Program-made: the position numbers and the translations under genes
Notes under the pieces: generated by a model
What the model saw: the letters and a program-made list of their open reading frames with translations, nothing else
The model's database searches: none
What the model was told of the DNA's origin: nothing
Assembly: GCA_963735595.1 (NCBI GenBank)
Contig: CAVTLK010000002.1
Coordinates: 96,001 to 160,000 of the forward strand
From: an uncultured delta proteobacterium
GTDB taxonomy: Bacteria; Desulfobacterota; Zymogenia; Zymogenales; Zymogenaceae
Direction: 5' to 3'
Length of the DNA: 64,000 nucleotides
Shown here: in pieces, positions 20,756 through 30,032 of the stretch
Layout: each line of letters opens with the position of its first letter
How positions within the stretch are numbered: the stretch's first letter is position 1

Positions 20756-21500
20756 TTACCTGAGGGTCGTCATGAGGACGCTGAAAAGATCGGTCCCCAG
20801 CAGCAGCCATGAGATGAGCCCCGTTACGGCCGACAGGGCCGTGCTGAATATGCGAAACGGATCCAGGAAGAGGATGGCCACAACGATAATCATCCCGAAC
20901 GGCTCGATTTTTGAGTAGGCCCGCGCCGCGCTCTCCGGGAGCAGACCGACGGCGATCCTGCCGCCGTCCAGCGGGGGGATGGGTATCAGGTTGAAGATTG
21001 CAAGAATCACCGACAGGAAGAAGGTATAGAAGAGTATGTAGGCGGCCGAAACGCCGAGGGCGGCGAATACAGCCCGTCGAGGCGCCGTTCGACATAATCT
21101 GCCCGATCAGGCCCGGATTGGCCAATAGCAGGAGCCGGATCAGGACGGCCGCGATCAGGGCGATGAGTATGTTGGTGGCCGGCCCCGCCAGCGCCACGAG
21201 GGCCATCCCCCGCTTGGGATTCCTGAGTCGCATGAAGTTGACCGGGACGGGACGCGCATAGCCGAAAACGAATCCCGCATTGAGGAGAATAAGTATCCCG
21301 GGGATGAGGATCGTCCCGACCGGGTCGATATGGGGCAGGGGATTGAGGGTAAGCCTTCCCATGTCCCGGGCCGTCGTATCCCCGAGCTTGAGGGCGATGT
21401 ATCCGTGGGCGACCTCATGAAAAATCACCGCGATCATGATCGGGATGATCCAGAGGAGCGCCTCCCTGACGATTGAGAGTATGTCCAGAATAACCTCCAA
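20756..21500 (-). CDS. Site-2 protease (M50) (frameshifts at about 21010-21070)
   Basis: HEVAH; RLTLNPLPHIDP; AGPATN; FNLIPIPPLDG. Confidence 0.9.
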
Positions 21501-21666
21501 AATGACGCCGCGCCGCGCGCCGTGTCGTCACGTCCGTGTCATGTCCATGTCCATGTCATATACCGACGGTCCGCCGGTAAAAATGCCGCATCATCCGCGG
21601 CCGCGGTATCGCGCGATGGTTAAACCATGGTTAAACCCTATTATAACCACAGCGGAAAGCCGTTCG

Positions 21667-24375
21667 TCAAGGAGAAATTACGCGGGCGGCCGGTTCCCGC
21701 TGCTTACAATAGGTCTTCCTGACGTAAGAGATCTCCGAACCCCGATCGGCGACCTTTCCATCGAGCCGCTGCATCAACAGGTCATTCAAGATAACCGAGA
21801 AGATCTCTCCCGGCTCGATGCCGAGGGATCGGAGATCGTCGCCGGTTACCTCCACCCGCATCGCCTTGAGACGGGTGATGAAAAGCGAAATATAGCGCCG
21901 GATCGCATCCCTCGGGATGATGGCCATCATAAACAGGAGCGTTTCGATCCCGAGGGGGTTGAGTATCCGGTGTATCTCGCTGGGCGCAAGCTCCCGTGCC
22001 ACCGAAAGCATCCGCATGGCCGGCGCAACCCCGTCCAACTGCCCGATCATCTTTTTCTGTTCCTGCTGGCCGATCATGAGGCGCGTGAGGATTTCCTTTC
22101 TTTCGTCTCCGACCAGCTCCCAGATCAGCGCAAACAGGAAGAGCCTCCTCTTATCGTAGGCCTCCGGAAGAAAGAGGAGATCGTACCAGGAACAGACCTC
22201 GTGCATCTTCGAGAAACGGGCCTCCATCTGTTCTGTGGTCTTGAGGTTGCGATGGATAAATTTGAGCAGGTCGAACGAGGAAAGCCGCTCGATGATGGCG
22301 TACGGGTCTTCCTCGTCGAAGATGAGATCGAGCTCAGAGAGGAGCCGGGCCCCGGCAAGCCTGTCGAAGACGTTGAGCTTGACGGCGTTCTTGATGAGCT
22401 TTTCGGTCTGCTTCCCGATGGTAAAATCGAATCGTTTTTCAAAACGGACGGCGCGAAATATCCTCGTGGGGTCCTCGACAAACGAGAGGTTCTGTATGAC
22501 CCGTATGACTTTTTCCTTTAAATCCCTGATCGCCCCGAAGAAATCGATGAGCGTTCCAAACCCCTTGGGATTGAGCTTTACCGCAAGGGTGTTGATGGTA
22601 AAATCGCGCCGGTAGAGGTCCAGCTTGAGAGTCGACCCCTCGACGACCGGGAGCGCCCCGGGGTACTCGTAGTACTCCGTTCTGGCCGTGGCGATGTCCA
22701 CCTTGAAACCGTCGGGATAGACTGCGACGGCGGTCCCGAACTTTTCGTGCGGCCTGACGTGCGCCCCGATCGTCTGTTCGAGGCGCCGCGCGAAGGCGAT
22801 ACCGTCACCCTCGATGACGACGTCAATATCGAAATTGTCCCGTCTCAGCCAGAGATCCCGAACAAATCCACCGACGGCATAGGCGTTGAAGCCCAGGTCG
22901 TCGGCGGCAATCCCGAGATTTCTCAGGATATCCATGATGCGCGGAGTCAGCCGCTCCTCCATCAGCTTGACCACGGATTTCGTGCGCATGAGGGAGCCGG
23001 CCTCCAGCTCGTCGTCGGGCGAGTGGCCGCGGGGCGCGGCGCCGTAGTAAAGGGCGCGCAACAGGTCGGTCCTGGTAATCGCTCCCATGAGCCGGGAATC
23101 GAGCACCACCGGCAGGAAACGCTGGTTCCCGTCGATAATCAGGGCCTGGATATCCCTCAACGGGGTCTGCGGCGTGACAGTGGCGACCTCGGCGTTCATC
23201 AGCTCGCGAACGGGCAGTTCCCCGATGCCGTGGAAGAGCCCCCGCTCGATGGTCTGGCGGGAGATCGTCCCCAGCAGGCGGCTGTCGCCCTCCACCACCG
23301 CCAGGACATTGACATTGTATCGGGAGAGCATCTCGGCGGCGTTCCTGAGGCTCATGTCGGGGTGGACGGACTTGACCGGGAACGACATGATCTCGGCGGC
23401 GGTCCTCACGGGGTTCACCTGTTCGTGAAGCACCCTGATGAGCTTTTCCTTTGCCTCGACGATCGTCAGACCGGTAATGGAGGCCGACGCGGCGGTCGCG
23501 TGCCCGCCGCCGCCGAAGGCCATCGCGATTTCGCCCACGTCCACCTCTTCAAGACGGCTGCGGGCCACCAGATACGTCCGATCGCCCAGGAGCGCCAGGA
23601 CGAGCAGGACGTTCAGGTTTTCCATGTCCTTGATCTTGTGGACGAGAACGGCGAGATCGCCCACGTAGGACTCCTTGCTGATGGCAATGATGGTTACGTC
23701 AATTCCGTTTACCGTATGGGTCTCGCGGTTTCTCAGAAGCTCCCCGAGCATCTCGACCTGATCGGCGGTCAGTTCCTGGGTGAGCATGTCCGATACGATG
23801 CCCAGCTTGGCGCCGCTTCTCAGCAAAAAGGCCGCCGCCGTGAGGTCTTCGGGAGTGGTGGAGGTAAACGTCAGAGAGCCGGTATCCTCGTAGATACCCA
23901 GCATCATGATCGTGGCCTCGTCGGGGGTCAGCGGTATGGCCCGTTCTTCGATGATCTTGGCGAATATCGTCGTCGTGGCCCCCGTTGGACGGATGACCTG
24001 GAGAGAGCCGGCTATGTCTTTCTCGCTGTCGGGGTGATGGTCGTAGATATGGACGTCGATGTCGGGTTTCTCGAGGAGCCGCCTGAACGGCCCGATCCGG
24101 TCTGCCTGGCGTATGTCCACCAGGATAAGCCGGTCAATCGCGTCAAAATCCACGTCCTTGATTCGCACGAAATCGAAGGCGTAGAACGTGGAGCGGACGA
24201 AAAAATCCCTCAAACCCTTTTCCTGTGAACCGGAAAAGGTCATCATGGCGTCGGGATAGAGCTTCTTGGCGGCCAGCATCGACGCCATTGCGTCGAAGTC
24301 CGCGTTGACGTGAGTGGTTATTACTTCCACGACACGGCTCCCGGGCATGCCCCTGGGGGTAGGCCCGTTATTCAA
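21667..24375 (-). CDS. cca: tRNA nucleotidyltransferase with DHH/DHHA1 and CBS domains (probably A-adding type)
   Basis: THVNADFDA, YDHH, GGGGH, two CBS domains, VGGFVRD, DIDVV, DLYRRDFTIN, EDPTRIFRAVRF. Confidence 0.9.
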   Translation of the reverse strand: MNNGPTPRGMPGSRVVEVITTHVNADFDAMASMLAAKKLYPDAMMTFSGSQEKGLRDFFVRSTFYAFDFVRIKDVDFDAIDRLILVDIRQADRIGPFRRLLEKPDIDVHIYDHHPDSEKDIAGSLQVIRPTGATTTIFAKIIEERAIPLTPDEATIMMLGIYEDTGSLTFTSTTPEDLTAAAFLLRSGAKLGIVSDMLTQELTADQVEMLGELLRNRETHTVNGIDVTIIAISKESYVGDLAVLVHKIKDMENLNVLLVLALLGDRTYLVARSRLEEVDVGEIAMAFGGGGHATAASASITGLTIVEAKEKLIRVLHEQVNPVRTAAEIMSFPVKSVHPDMSLRNAAEMLSRYNVNVLAVVEGDSRLLGTISRQTIERGLFHGIGELPVRELMNAEVATVTPQTPLRDIQALIIDGNQRFLPVVLDSRLMGAITRTDLLRALYYGAAPRGHSPDDELEAGSLMRTKSVVKLMEERLTPRIMDILRNLGIAADDLGFNAYAVGGFVRDLWLRRDNFDIDVVIEGDGIAFARRLEQTIGAHVRPHEKFGTAVAVYPDGFKVDIATARTEYYEYPGALPVVEGSTLKLDLYRRDFTINTLAVKLNPKGFGTLIDFFGAIRDLKEKVIRVIQNLSFVEDPTRIFRAVRFEKRFDFTIGKQTEKLIKNAVKLNVFDRLAGARLLSELDLIFDEEDPYAIIERLSSFDLLKFIHRNLKTTEQMEARFSKMHEVCSWYDLLFLPEAYDKRRLFLFALIWELVGDERKEILTRLMIGQQEQKKMIGQLDGVAPAMRMLSVARELAPSEIHRILNPLGIETLLFMMAIIPRDAIRRYISLFITRLKAMRVEVTGDDLRSLGIEPGEIFSVILNDLLMQRLDGKVADRGSEISYVRKTYCKQREPAARVISP

Positions 24376-26035
24376 ACCAGCGCCGGGAGAGCCTCTTGAT
24401 CGTTCCGTCGTCTTCCATCGAGTTGAGGGCTTTGTCGATCATTCCGATAAACGCCGGGTTACCCGGACGCGGCATGGCCACGCTGTAGGCGGAGATGACT
24501 ACCGGCTTTTCAATCATCACGAAGTCGTCTTCGTCCAGGAGATCTAAAAACAGGAAATCGGCCGCGTTCCTGTCCACAATCGCGGCGTCCACATCGCCCC
24601 GGTCAAGCGCAAGCAGGCAGATCTCGGCCGACGAATATCCCTTGTAGAATATTCCCGGAAGTTTCCGAACGTAGATCTCCTCCGCGCTGCCGGCCACGAC
24701 CCCGACCTTTTTGCTGATCAGCTCGAAGATCTCCCTGGGGACCAGCTTATTCTCCCTGACCAGGAGAACCGATTCCACGATTCCCCACGGCTCGCCGAGC
24801 AGGAAAGAGGCGGCCCTCTCCTCGTCGATGATTACCATCGGCTCGATATCGGACCGGGTGGCCGCGAGCCCGCTGGGGATTCGGGTCCCCGAGAAGGAAT
24901 TGAAGACGACTTCCCGGCCCAGCCTCTTTCCCACTTCGTTCATGACGTCGATGATATACCCTACAAGGCGGCCGTCCTCGTCGATATATTCATAGGGCGG
25001 CATGGTAACGTTAAGGGAAACGACGAGCCTGGTCTTCCGGCGCTCCGGCAGGTAGTCGGGCACTTTTACCTTTCCCGAGGCCAGGAGCGATTTGCGCTCG
25101 ACGATCCTCTGCCTGTCGCCGGCGTCGATGCCGGCCGAAAGACCGGAAAGGTCAAGCCCCCCGTTTTCGAAGCTCATCGGGTACACGCCGCCGATCGCCT
25201 TGCCCTCGAGGGCATTGGTAAGTAGCTTGCTCACGATGATGTCGTACCGATAGATAACGGAGGCGGCAACGTTTTCACCCGAGAGCTTCCTTTCGTCGTT
25301 GGCCAGCCCGACGATTTTCATCTTCATCTTCTTGGCCGCGGAGATACCGCCGATGCCGCCGGTGGCCGACACGATAAAGACGGTATCGGCCCCTTTCTTG
25401 GCCAGCCTCGTGACGGCCTCGTTTGTCTTGTCCCGGTCGTAGAGGCCGTTGGTGTCCCCTTCCTTGGCAACGTAGGCAACGTGAGGCTCGGCGTTTTTGT
25501 CGGCATCCATTACGCCGCCGTTAAACCCGTATTCAAAACGCTTGACCGGGTCAAAGGGAGCGCCGCCGACGAACGCGACCTTCTTTGTTGTGCTGATCGT
25601 CGCCGCGATATAGCCCGCCAGATACCCCGCCTCGTCCTCCTCGAAAACGACCGAGGCCAGGTTGGCCAGCGGGGCGCCCTCGGCGCCGATGAGTATGAAC
25701 CGGACATCGGGGTTCGACCGGGCGGCCTCGACGAGCGCGCCGCTCATCCCCGCTTCGTCGGAGGCAATCACGACGTCGGGCCCGAGGGCCAGGAGGTCTC
25801 CAACGGTTTTATCGGCAAAGAGGTCGAGGCGAGGGACCCTGACGATCGTGGCCTTTCTTTCGGCGCCGATCCCGGCCAGGACCTTGCTTATCGCATCGTT
25901 ATACCCGCCGTCTCCCATGCCGCGGCTGTCCATGATCCAGCCGATCGTCGGGGGTGATTCGGTATCCTGCGCAAGACAGAGAGGAACGATTGAAAGAAGG
26001 AAGAAAACAAATAACGACAGTCTGAGGCGCTTCAT
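24368..26035 (-). CDS. Fusion of a BMP-family substrate-binding domain and an amino-acid ABC (SBP_bac_3) binding domain
   Basis: Signal peptide; GMGDGGYN, FEEDEAGYLAG, VAFVGG (BMP); then PPYEYIDEDGRLVGY...DGTIKRLSRRWF (family 3). Confidence 0.8.
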   Translation of the reverse strand: MKRLRLSLFVFFLLSIVPLCLAQDTESPPTIGWIMDSRGMGDGGYNDAISKVLAGIGAERKATIVRVPRLDLFADKTVGDLLALGPDVVIASDEAGMSGALVEAARSNPDVRFILIGAEGAPLANLASVVFEEDEAGYLAGYIAATISTTKKVAFVGGAPFDPVKRFEYGFNGGVMDADKNAEPHVAYVAKEGDTNGLYDRDKTNEAVTRLAKKGADTVFIVSATGGIGGISAAKKMKMKIVGLANDERKLSGENVAASVIYRYDIIVSKLLTNALEGKAIGGVYPMSFENGGLDLSGLSAGIDAGDRQRIVERKSLLASGKVKVPDYLPERRKTRLVVSLNVTMPPYEYIDEDGRLVGYIIDVMNEVGKRLGREVVFNSFSGTRIPSGLAATRSDIEPMVIIDEERAASFLLGEPWGIVESVLLVRENKLVPREIFELISKKVGVVAGSAEEIYVRKLPGIFYKGYSSAEICLLALDRGDVDAAIVDRNAADFLFLDLLDEDDFVMIEKPVVISAYSVAMPRPGNPAFIGMIDKALNSMEDDGTIKRLSRRWFE

Positions 26036-26102
26036 AATTCCTCCGGATAATAATCTGTTGTCGGACGGCGCCGCGATCGGCGCCGTGGGCGTATCGGTGT
26101 TA

Positions 26103-27257
26103 CTAAATATATCCGTCCATCAGCTCACGGATCTTGGCCGCGGCGTCATCGGGCCCGGTGACGGCCAGCCGGTCCCGTATCCGCTCGGCCCGCATCCGCA
26201 CGTCCGGGTCCGAAACGTCTCCCACGGCGCGGGCAATCCCCGCGCGGCGCGCCAGCACGAAGAGGAGCCGCTCCGGCCCGGGTAGCGACAGATAGCGGTC
26301 GACGACCGAAAGGAGCCGCTCACGGTCATCGGGGAGCTTCCCCTCGATCTCCTCGAGGAGGTTGAGGATGTGGTCGGACGCGATATAGCTCGTGACGCCC
26401 GAGAGCGTCTCCAGGAAGAGACGGATCTCGGCGGCTACCCCGTCGTCGGTAAGCAGCTCGAACTCGCCCGAGTCGACGGCGTCGGCCAGCGGCATGACCC
26501 GGTGCACGTGGAGCGACCGGAGCCGGATAAAGTGCGGGTTGATCTCGTTGATCACCCGGGCCGTCTCGGTCGCGTGCTCCTTTGTCCAGCGTTTGCCCCC
26601 GAGCCCCGGCATGACGTATTCCGAAAGCTCCAGCCCCGCCCCCACGACGTTGAGACCCCCCCTGATATGGGTGTCGGCGGTCGATCCCTTTTTCATGTAT
26701 TTGAGCACGTCGTCTGAGCCGCTCTCCATGCCGATATGGACGCGGGTAAGTCCCGCTTCTTTCAGGGAGGCGAGGTCATCCGGTTTCATCCGGGCGGCGG
26801 TGGCCGACCGGGCATAGGTCGTGACGCGGCTGACGTTCGGAAACGCCCGCTTGAGATGGACCAGCACCGCGGCGACGTCGGCTGGTTTCATGACCAGGCT
26901 GTCGGCGTCCTGCAGAAAGACGCTTGCGCCGCCCGATAAGAGCCAGAAGGCGATATATCGCGTTGCCTCTCCGCCCCCCAGCGCGCCGGAGAAGACCTCC
27001 CGGGCCACGGCCTCGGTAACTTCCCCACCCTCGCCCATGCGCCGCGAGAGGGCACGGATCTGGTCGGCGGCGGCCGCCATCGCGTCGATGTCGCCCGTGA
27101 CGTCGTCAACGTCACGCAGCGAAAAACGGGCGTCCTTGTAGACCGGGCAGAAGGCGCACTTGTTCCAGGGGCAGTTGCGGGTCAGGCGGACCAGCAAGCT
27201 CTTCGCCTCGCTCGGCGGCCGGATGGGGCCCTGTTCGAAACTCGGTGAAAACGCCAT
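26103..27257 (-). CDS. Radical SAM protein
   Basis: FEQGPIRPPSEA; CPWNKCAFC; FLQDAD; HIGMESG. Confidence 0.88.
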   Translation of the reverse strand: MAFSPSFEQGPIRPPSEAKSLLVRLTRNCPWNKCAFCPVYKDARFSLRDVDDVTGDIDAMAAAADQIRALSRRMGEGGEVTEAVAREVFSGALGGGEATRYIAFWLLSGGASVFLQDADSLVMKPADVAAVLVHLKRAFPNVSRVTTYARSATAARMKPDDLASLKEAGLTRVHIGMESGSDDVLKYMKKGSTADTHIRGGLNVVGAGLELSEYVMPGLGGKRWTKEHATETARVINEINPHFIRLRSLHVHRVMPLADAVDSGEFELLTDDGVAAEIRLFLETLSGVTSYIASDHILNLLEEIEGKLPDDRERLLSVVDRYLSLPGPERLLFVLARRAGIARAVGDVSDPDVRMRAERIRDRLAVTGPDDAAAKIRELMDGYI

Positions 27258-27266
27258 AATTTTTTA

Positions 27267-27296
27267 AGTATAACAGACAGTGACCGGTGATGTCAA
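27267..27296 (-). promoter_or_regulatory. Sigma70 promoter immediately upstream of the radical SAM gene
   Basis: On the - strand TTGACA-N18-TATACT with extended TG; ATG 10 nt downstream. Confidence 0.55.
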
Positions 27297-27317
27297 TCAG
27301 AAGGAATTTGGGATTCC

Positions 27318-27402
27318 GAGTTATGGGGACACCACGCTTAATTCCGATCCTTTCAGATTTGTCGGAGGGTCTGACGAATTACGTATGGTATCTCCATAGC
27401 TC
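27318..27402. mobile_element. 85-bp MITE/REPIN-like inverted-repeat element, same family as 7175-7257
   Basis: GAGTTATGGGGACACCACGCTTAATT vs reverse complement of 27377-27402 (GAGCTATGGAGATACCATACGTAATT), 20/26 match. Confidence 0.55.
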
Positions 27403-27433
27403 TCCCCAGAGTTTGTCTTGCGGTGACAGTCGG

Positions 27434-27475
27434 GGGATTGCCGCGTCGGCCCCTATGGGGCCTCCTCGCAATGAC
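27434..27475 (-). repeat. GTCATTGCGAG...GGCAATC REP-like palindrome
   Basis: - strand reads GTCATTGCGAGGAGGCCCCATAGGGGCCGACGCGGCAATCCC; matches the copies at 6037 and 6099. Confidence 0.75.
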
Positions 27476-27591
27476 ACCCGGAATACACTCCAGCCCGGCT
27501 CCGCACGGCGTTGCCTTTCGCCGGACTATTTTTTCTTGACTTACCCCGCAATTTGGGCTAATGAAGACCTTTAAACCATTACGGATTTTTC

Positions 27592-28338
27592 ATGGATTTC
27601 TATTTCGGCGGGAAGGCGGCGCTCGTCACCGGCGGTTCCAGGGGGATCGGCAGGGCGATCAGCCTGGCGCTGGCGGCCCGCGGCGCGTACGTCCTCGTCA
27701 ACTATTCGAGCGACGAAGCCGCCGCACAGAAGACTGTCTCCGAGATCACCGCGTCGGGGGGAAAGGCCGTTGCCGTCAAGGCGGACGTGGCCGACGCGGG
27801 AGAGACCGAGGCAATGTTCGGCATGATCCGCAAAGACCCGGGGCGGCTCGATATCCTCGTCAACAACGCGGGCATTATCAGGGATAAGCTCCTCATGTTC
27901 ATGGGGACCGACGACTGGGACCGGGTGATCGCCGTCAACCTCACGGGGGTCTACAACACCGCGAAATCCGCATCCCGGCTCATGATCGGCCAGAAATATG
28001 GTAAAATCATCAATATCGTCTCGCCGTCGGCCATCGTCGGCCGCGCGGGCCAGACGAACTACGCCGCGGCCAAGGGGGGCGTGATCAGCTTTACGAAGTC
28101 GCTGGCCAGGGAGCTTGCCCGCTTTTCGATATGGGTCAATGCCGTCTCGCCGGGGATCATCGAGACCGAGATGCTGGGCGGCATCCCCGACGACCTGAAG
28201 GCGACGTTTCTGGAGGCAGTCCCGATGGGCCGCTTCGGTACCCCCGAGGAAGTGACGGGCGCCGTCCTTTTTTTGGCGTCGGAGCGGTCAAACTATATAA
28301 CCGGCCAGGTCGTCTGCGTCGACGGCGGCCTGACATGA
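27592..28338 (+). CDS. fabG: 3-oxoacyl-ACP reductase
   Basis: TGGSRGIG, VNNAGI, GQTNYAAAK (YxxxK), VNAVSPG. Confidence 0.88.
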   Translation: MDFYFGGKAALVTGGSRGIGRAISLALAARGAYVLVNYSSDEAAAQKTVSEITASGGKAVAVKADVADAGETEAMFGMIRKDPGRLDILVNNAGIIRDKLLMFMGTDDWDRVIAVNLTGVYNTAKSASRLMIGQKYGKIINIVSPSAIVGRAGQTNYAAAKGGVISFTKSLARELARFSIWVNAVSPGIIETEMLGGIPDDLKATFLEAVPMGRFGTPEEVTGAVLFLASERSNYITGQVVCVDGGLT

Positions 28339-28400
28339 TATAATGATACGATGACGGCGGTGTAACTGCCGGCCCCGGTATTACCATCAAGGAGGACTAT

Positions 28401-28667
28401 TTGGAAGACAAAAAGGCGCTGGCCGAACGGCTCAAGAAGCTCATCATCGAGAGCCTCGGGCTCGAAGACGTTACCCCCGCAGACATCAAGGACGACGACC
28501 CGCTCTTCGGCAACGGGCTGGGGCTCGATTCCATCGACGCGCTGGAGCTGGTGGTGGCCCTGGAGAAGGAATTCGGGATCATCATCGCCGACGAGGAGGT
28601 GGGAAAGAAGATATTCGTTTCCATCAACACACTGACCGACTTCGTGGCAACGGAACGAAAGGTGTGA
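28401..28667 (+). CDS. Acyl carrier protein (aryl-polyene/specialised type)
   Basis: PLFGNGLGLDSIDALEL phosphopantetheine motif; AAGGAGG RBS, TTG start. Confidence 0.9.
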   Translation: MEDKKALAERLKKLIIESLGLEDVTPADIKDDDPLFGNGLGLDSIDALELVVALEKEFGIIIADEEVGKKIFVSINTLTDFVATERKV

Positions 28668-28768
28668 CCGGTTCGGCCGTTTCGCCCCGGCAGCGGGCGA
28701 CCCGGCGGGCCGAAGGAACCCGCCGTCCCGGCGGGGCGGCGACTGCCGGGGCCCGTAATAATTCCGCC

Positions 28769-29215
28769 ATGAAATTTACCAAAAACGATATAACCGCCGT
28801 TATCCCCCACCGGCCGCCGATCCTGCTGATCGACGCGATCGAAGAGGTCGAGTTCGGCAAGCGGGGCGTCGGGGTGCGGCGGATCGATGCGGACGACGAT
28901 TTCGTCGGCGCATACCTCCCCGGGCAGGAGATCATGCCCCGGACGATGCTGATCGAGGCGCTGGCCCAGACCGCGGCCTTCGTGGCCGCGGGAGGCAAGC
29001 TCATGCCGGGCGCCGATCAAAAAGACTATCCCACGGTCGGGTACCTCGTCAGGCTCAAGGATATCGTCTTCTCCGGGGACGCAAAGCGGGGCGACACGAT
29101 ACGGCTTTCCGTGGACCTGGTGTCGTCTCTCGGCTCCATCTATAAGTTCGCCGGGGTCGTCACGGTCGGCGATGCCGAGATATGCCGCGGGAGCCTCACC
29201 TTCTCGGTTGCCTGA
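28769..29215 (+). CDS. FabZ/FabA-like hotdog dehydratase homologue
   Basis: IPHRPPILLID; MPRTMLIEALAQ; GDTIRL; the canonical GHFP is replaced by GAYLP. Confidence 0.8.
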   Translation: MKFTKNDITAVIPHRPPILLIDAIEEVEFGKRGVGVRRIDADDDFVGAYLPGQEIMPRTMLIEALAQTAAFVAAGGKLMPGADQKDYPTVGYLVRLKDIVFSGDAKRGDTIRLSVDLVSSLGSIYKFAGVVTVGDAEICRGSLTFSVA

Positions 29216-29236
29216 CGGACTATAATCAGAAACATG

Positions 29237-29266
29237 AAAAAAGCCCTCGCAAGCGAGGGCTTTTTT
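29237..29266. terminator. Bidirectional rho-independent terminator
   Basis: AAAAAA-GCCCTCG-CAAG-CGAGGGC-TTTTTT between convergent genes. Confidence 0.9.
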
Positions 29267-29292
29267 GCGTCCTTTTTTACGGGCGGCCGGCC

Positions 29293-29949
29293 TCAGTCTA
29301 TTCCGTGATACCCGCCCGGTCCCGTCATATGGAGCTCCGGGGGGAGAATCACGCCATTGAGGTAGAGGGCCGTCACGCCGTATTTCTTCTCCACGACGAA
29401 GACGCCCGTTGAGCCGTCGTTCCATTGTGCGGTGATCGTTTTACCGTCAAAGATATAGGTCCCGAAGACCGGCGGGTAGGTGACGACCTTCTCGCCCCCG
29501 CCCACGAACGTGGATTCGATAAACTTGGCGGTCATGTCGGGGTAAAACGAAAAGGTAATGTTGGGGGCGTCGTAGTACATCGGCCAGTCGCCGAGGATAT
29601 CGGAAAGCGCGGCCGGGGACGGCGCGGTTGCCCGGTAGTCGCTCTCGGAGGGGATGGACATACGCGTGTCGCTCTTGACGTATTTACCGAAGACGTAGCC
29701 ATAGGTACCCTTATAGATGATGTAGTACCAGTAGCCGGTAAAGCCGTCGATGGAGTCCGTCGCGTCGGTATGGGCCAGCACCTCGATGCGGGCGCCCTTG
29801 TTCAGGGTCCCCACGACCGCGGCGTCCGTTGTGGGCTTTTCCCGGATCCTCAGGGCGTCTCCGGTGATCGTAGCGTTTTCGGCGGCGCGGGCATCAAGCC
29901 CGGCCGCGAGGAAAAGCAGAAGGGCGATAATAACCGGGTATCCTTTCAT
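29293..29949 (-). CDS. Secreted bacterial SH3-domain protein with an extra C-terminal domain
   Basis: MKGYPVIIALLLFLAAGLDARA signal peptide; ITGDALRIREKP...GFTGYWYYIIYKGTYGYVFGKYV. Confidence 0.8.
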   Translation of the reverse strand: MKGYPVIIALLLFLAAGLDARAAENATITGDALRIREKPTTDAAVVGTLNKGARIEVLAHTDATDSIDGFTGYWYYIIYKGTYGYVFGKYVKSDTRMSIPSESDYRATAPSPAALSDILGDWPMYYDAPNITFSFYPDMTAKFIESTFVGGGEKVVTYPPVFGTYIFDGKTITAQWNDGSTGVFVVEKKYGVTALYLNGVILPPELHMTGPGGYHGID

Positions 29950-30032
29950 AACAGCACCTATGCCATGTCTATTAACGTGAAAAGCGGGCGCCGACGGCCG
30001 GCCCCCCCGAAGAAAACGGGACATCCGCGGCC

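Noticed and set aside
22747..24228. Long antisense ORFs (also 1245-2399, 30186-31553, 47938-48915 and others)
   Set aside because: Shadow frames opposite well-supported genes, expected with high GC3; no motifs
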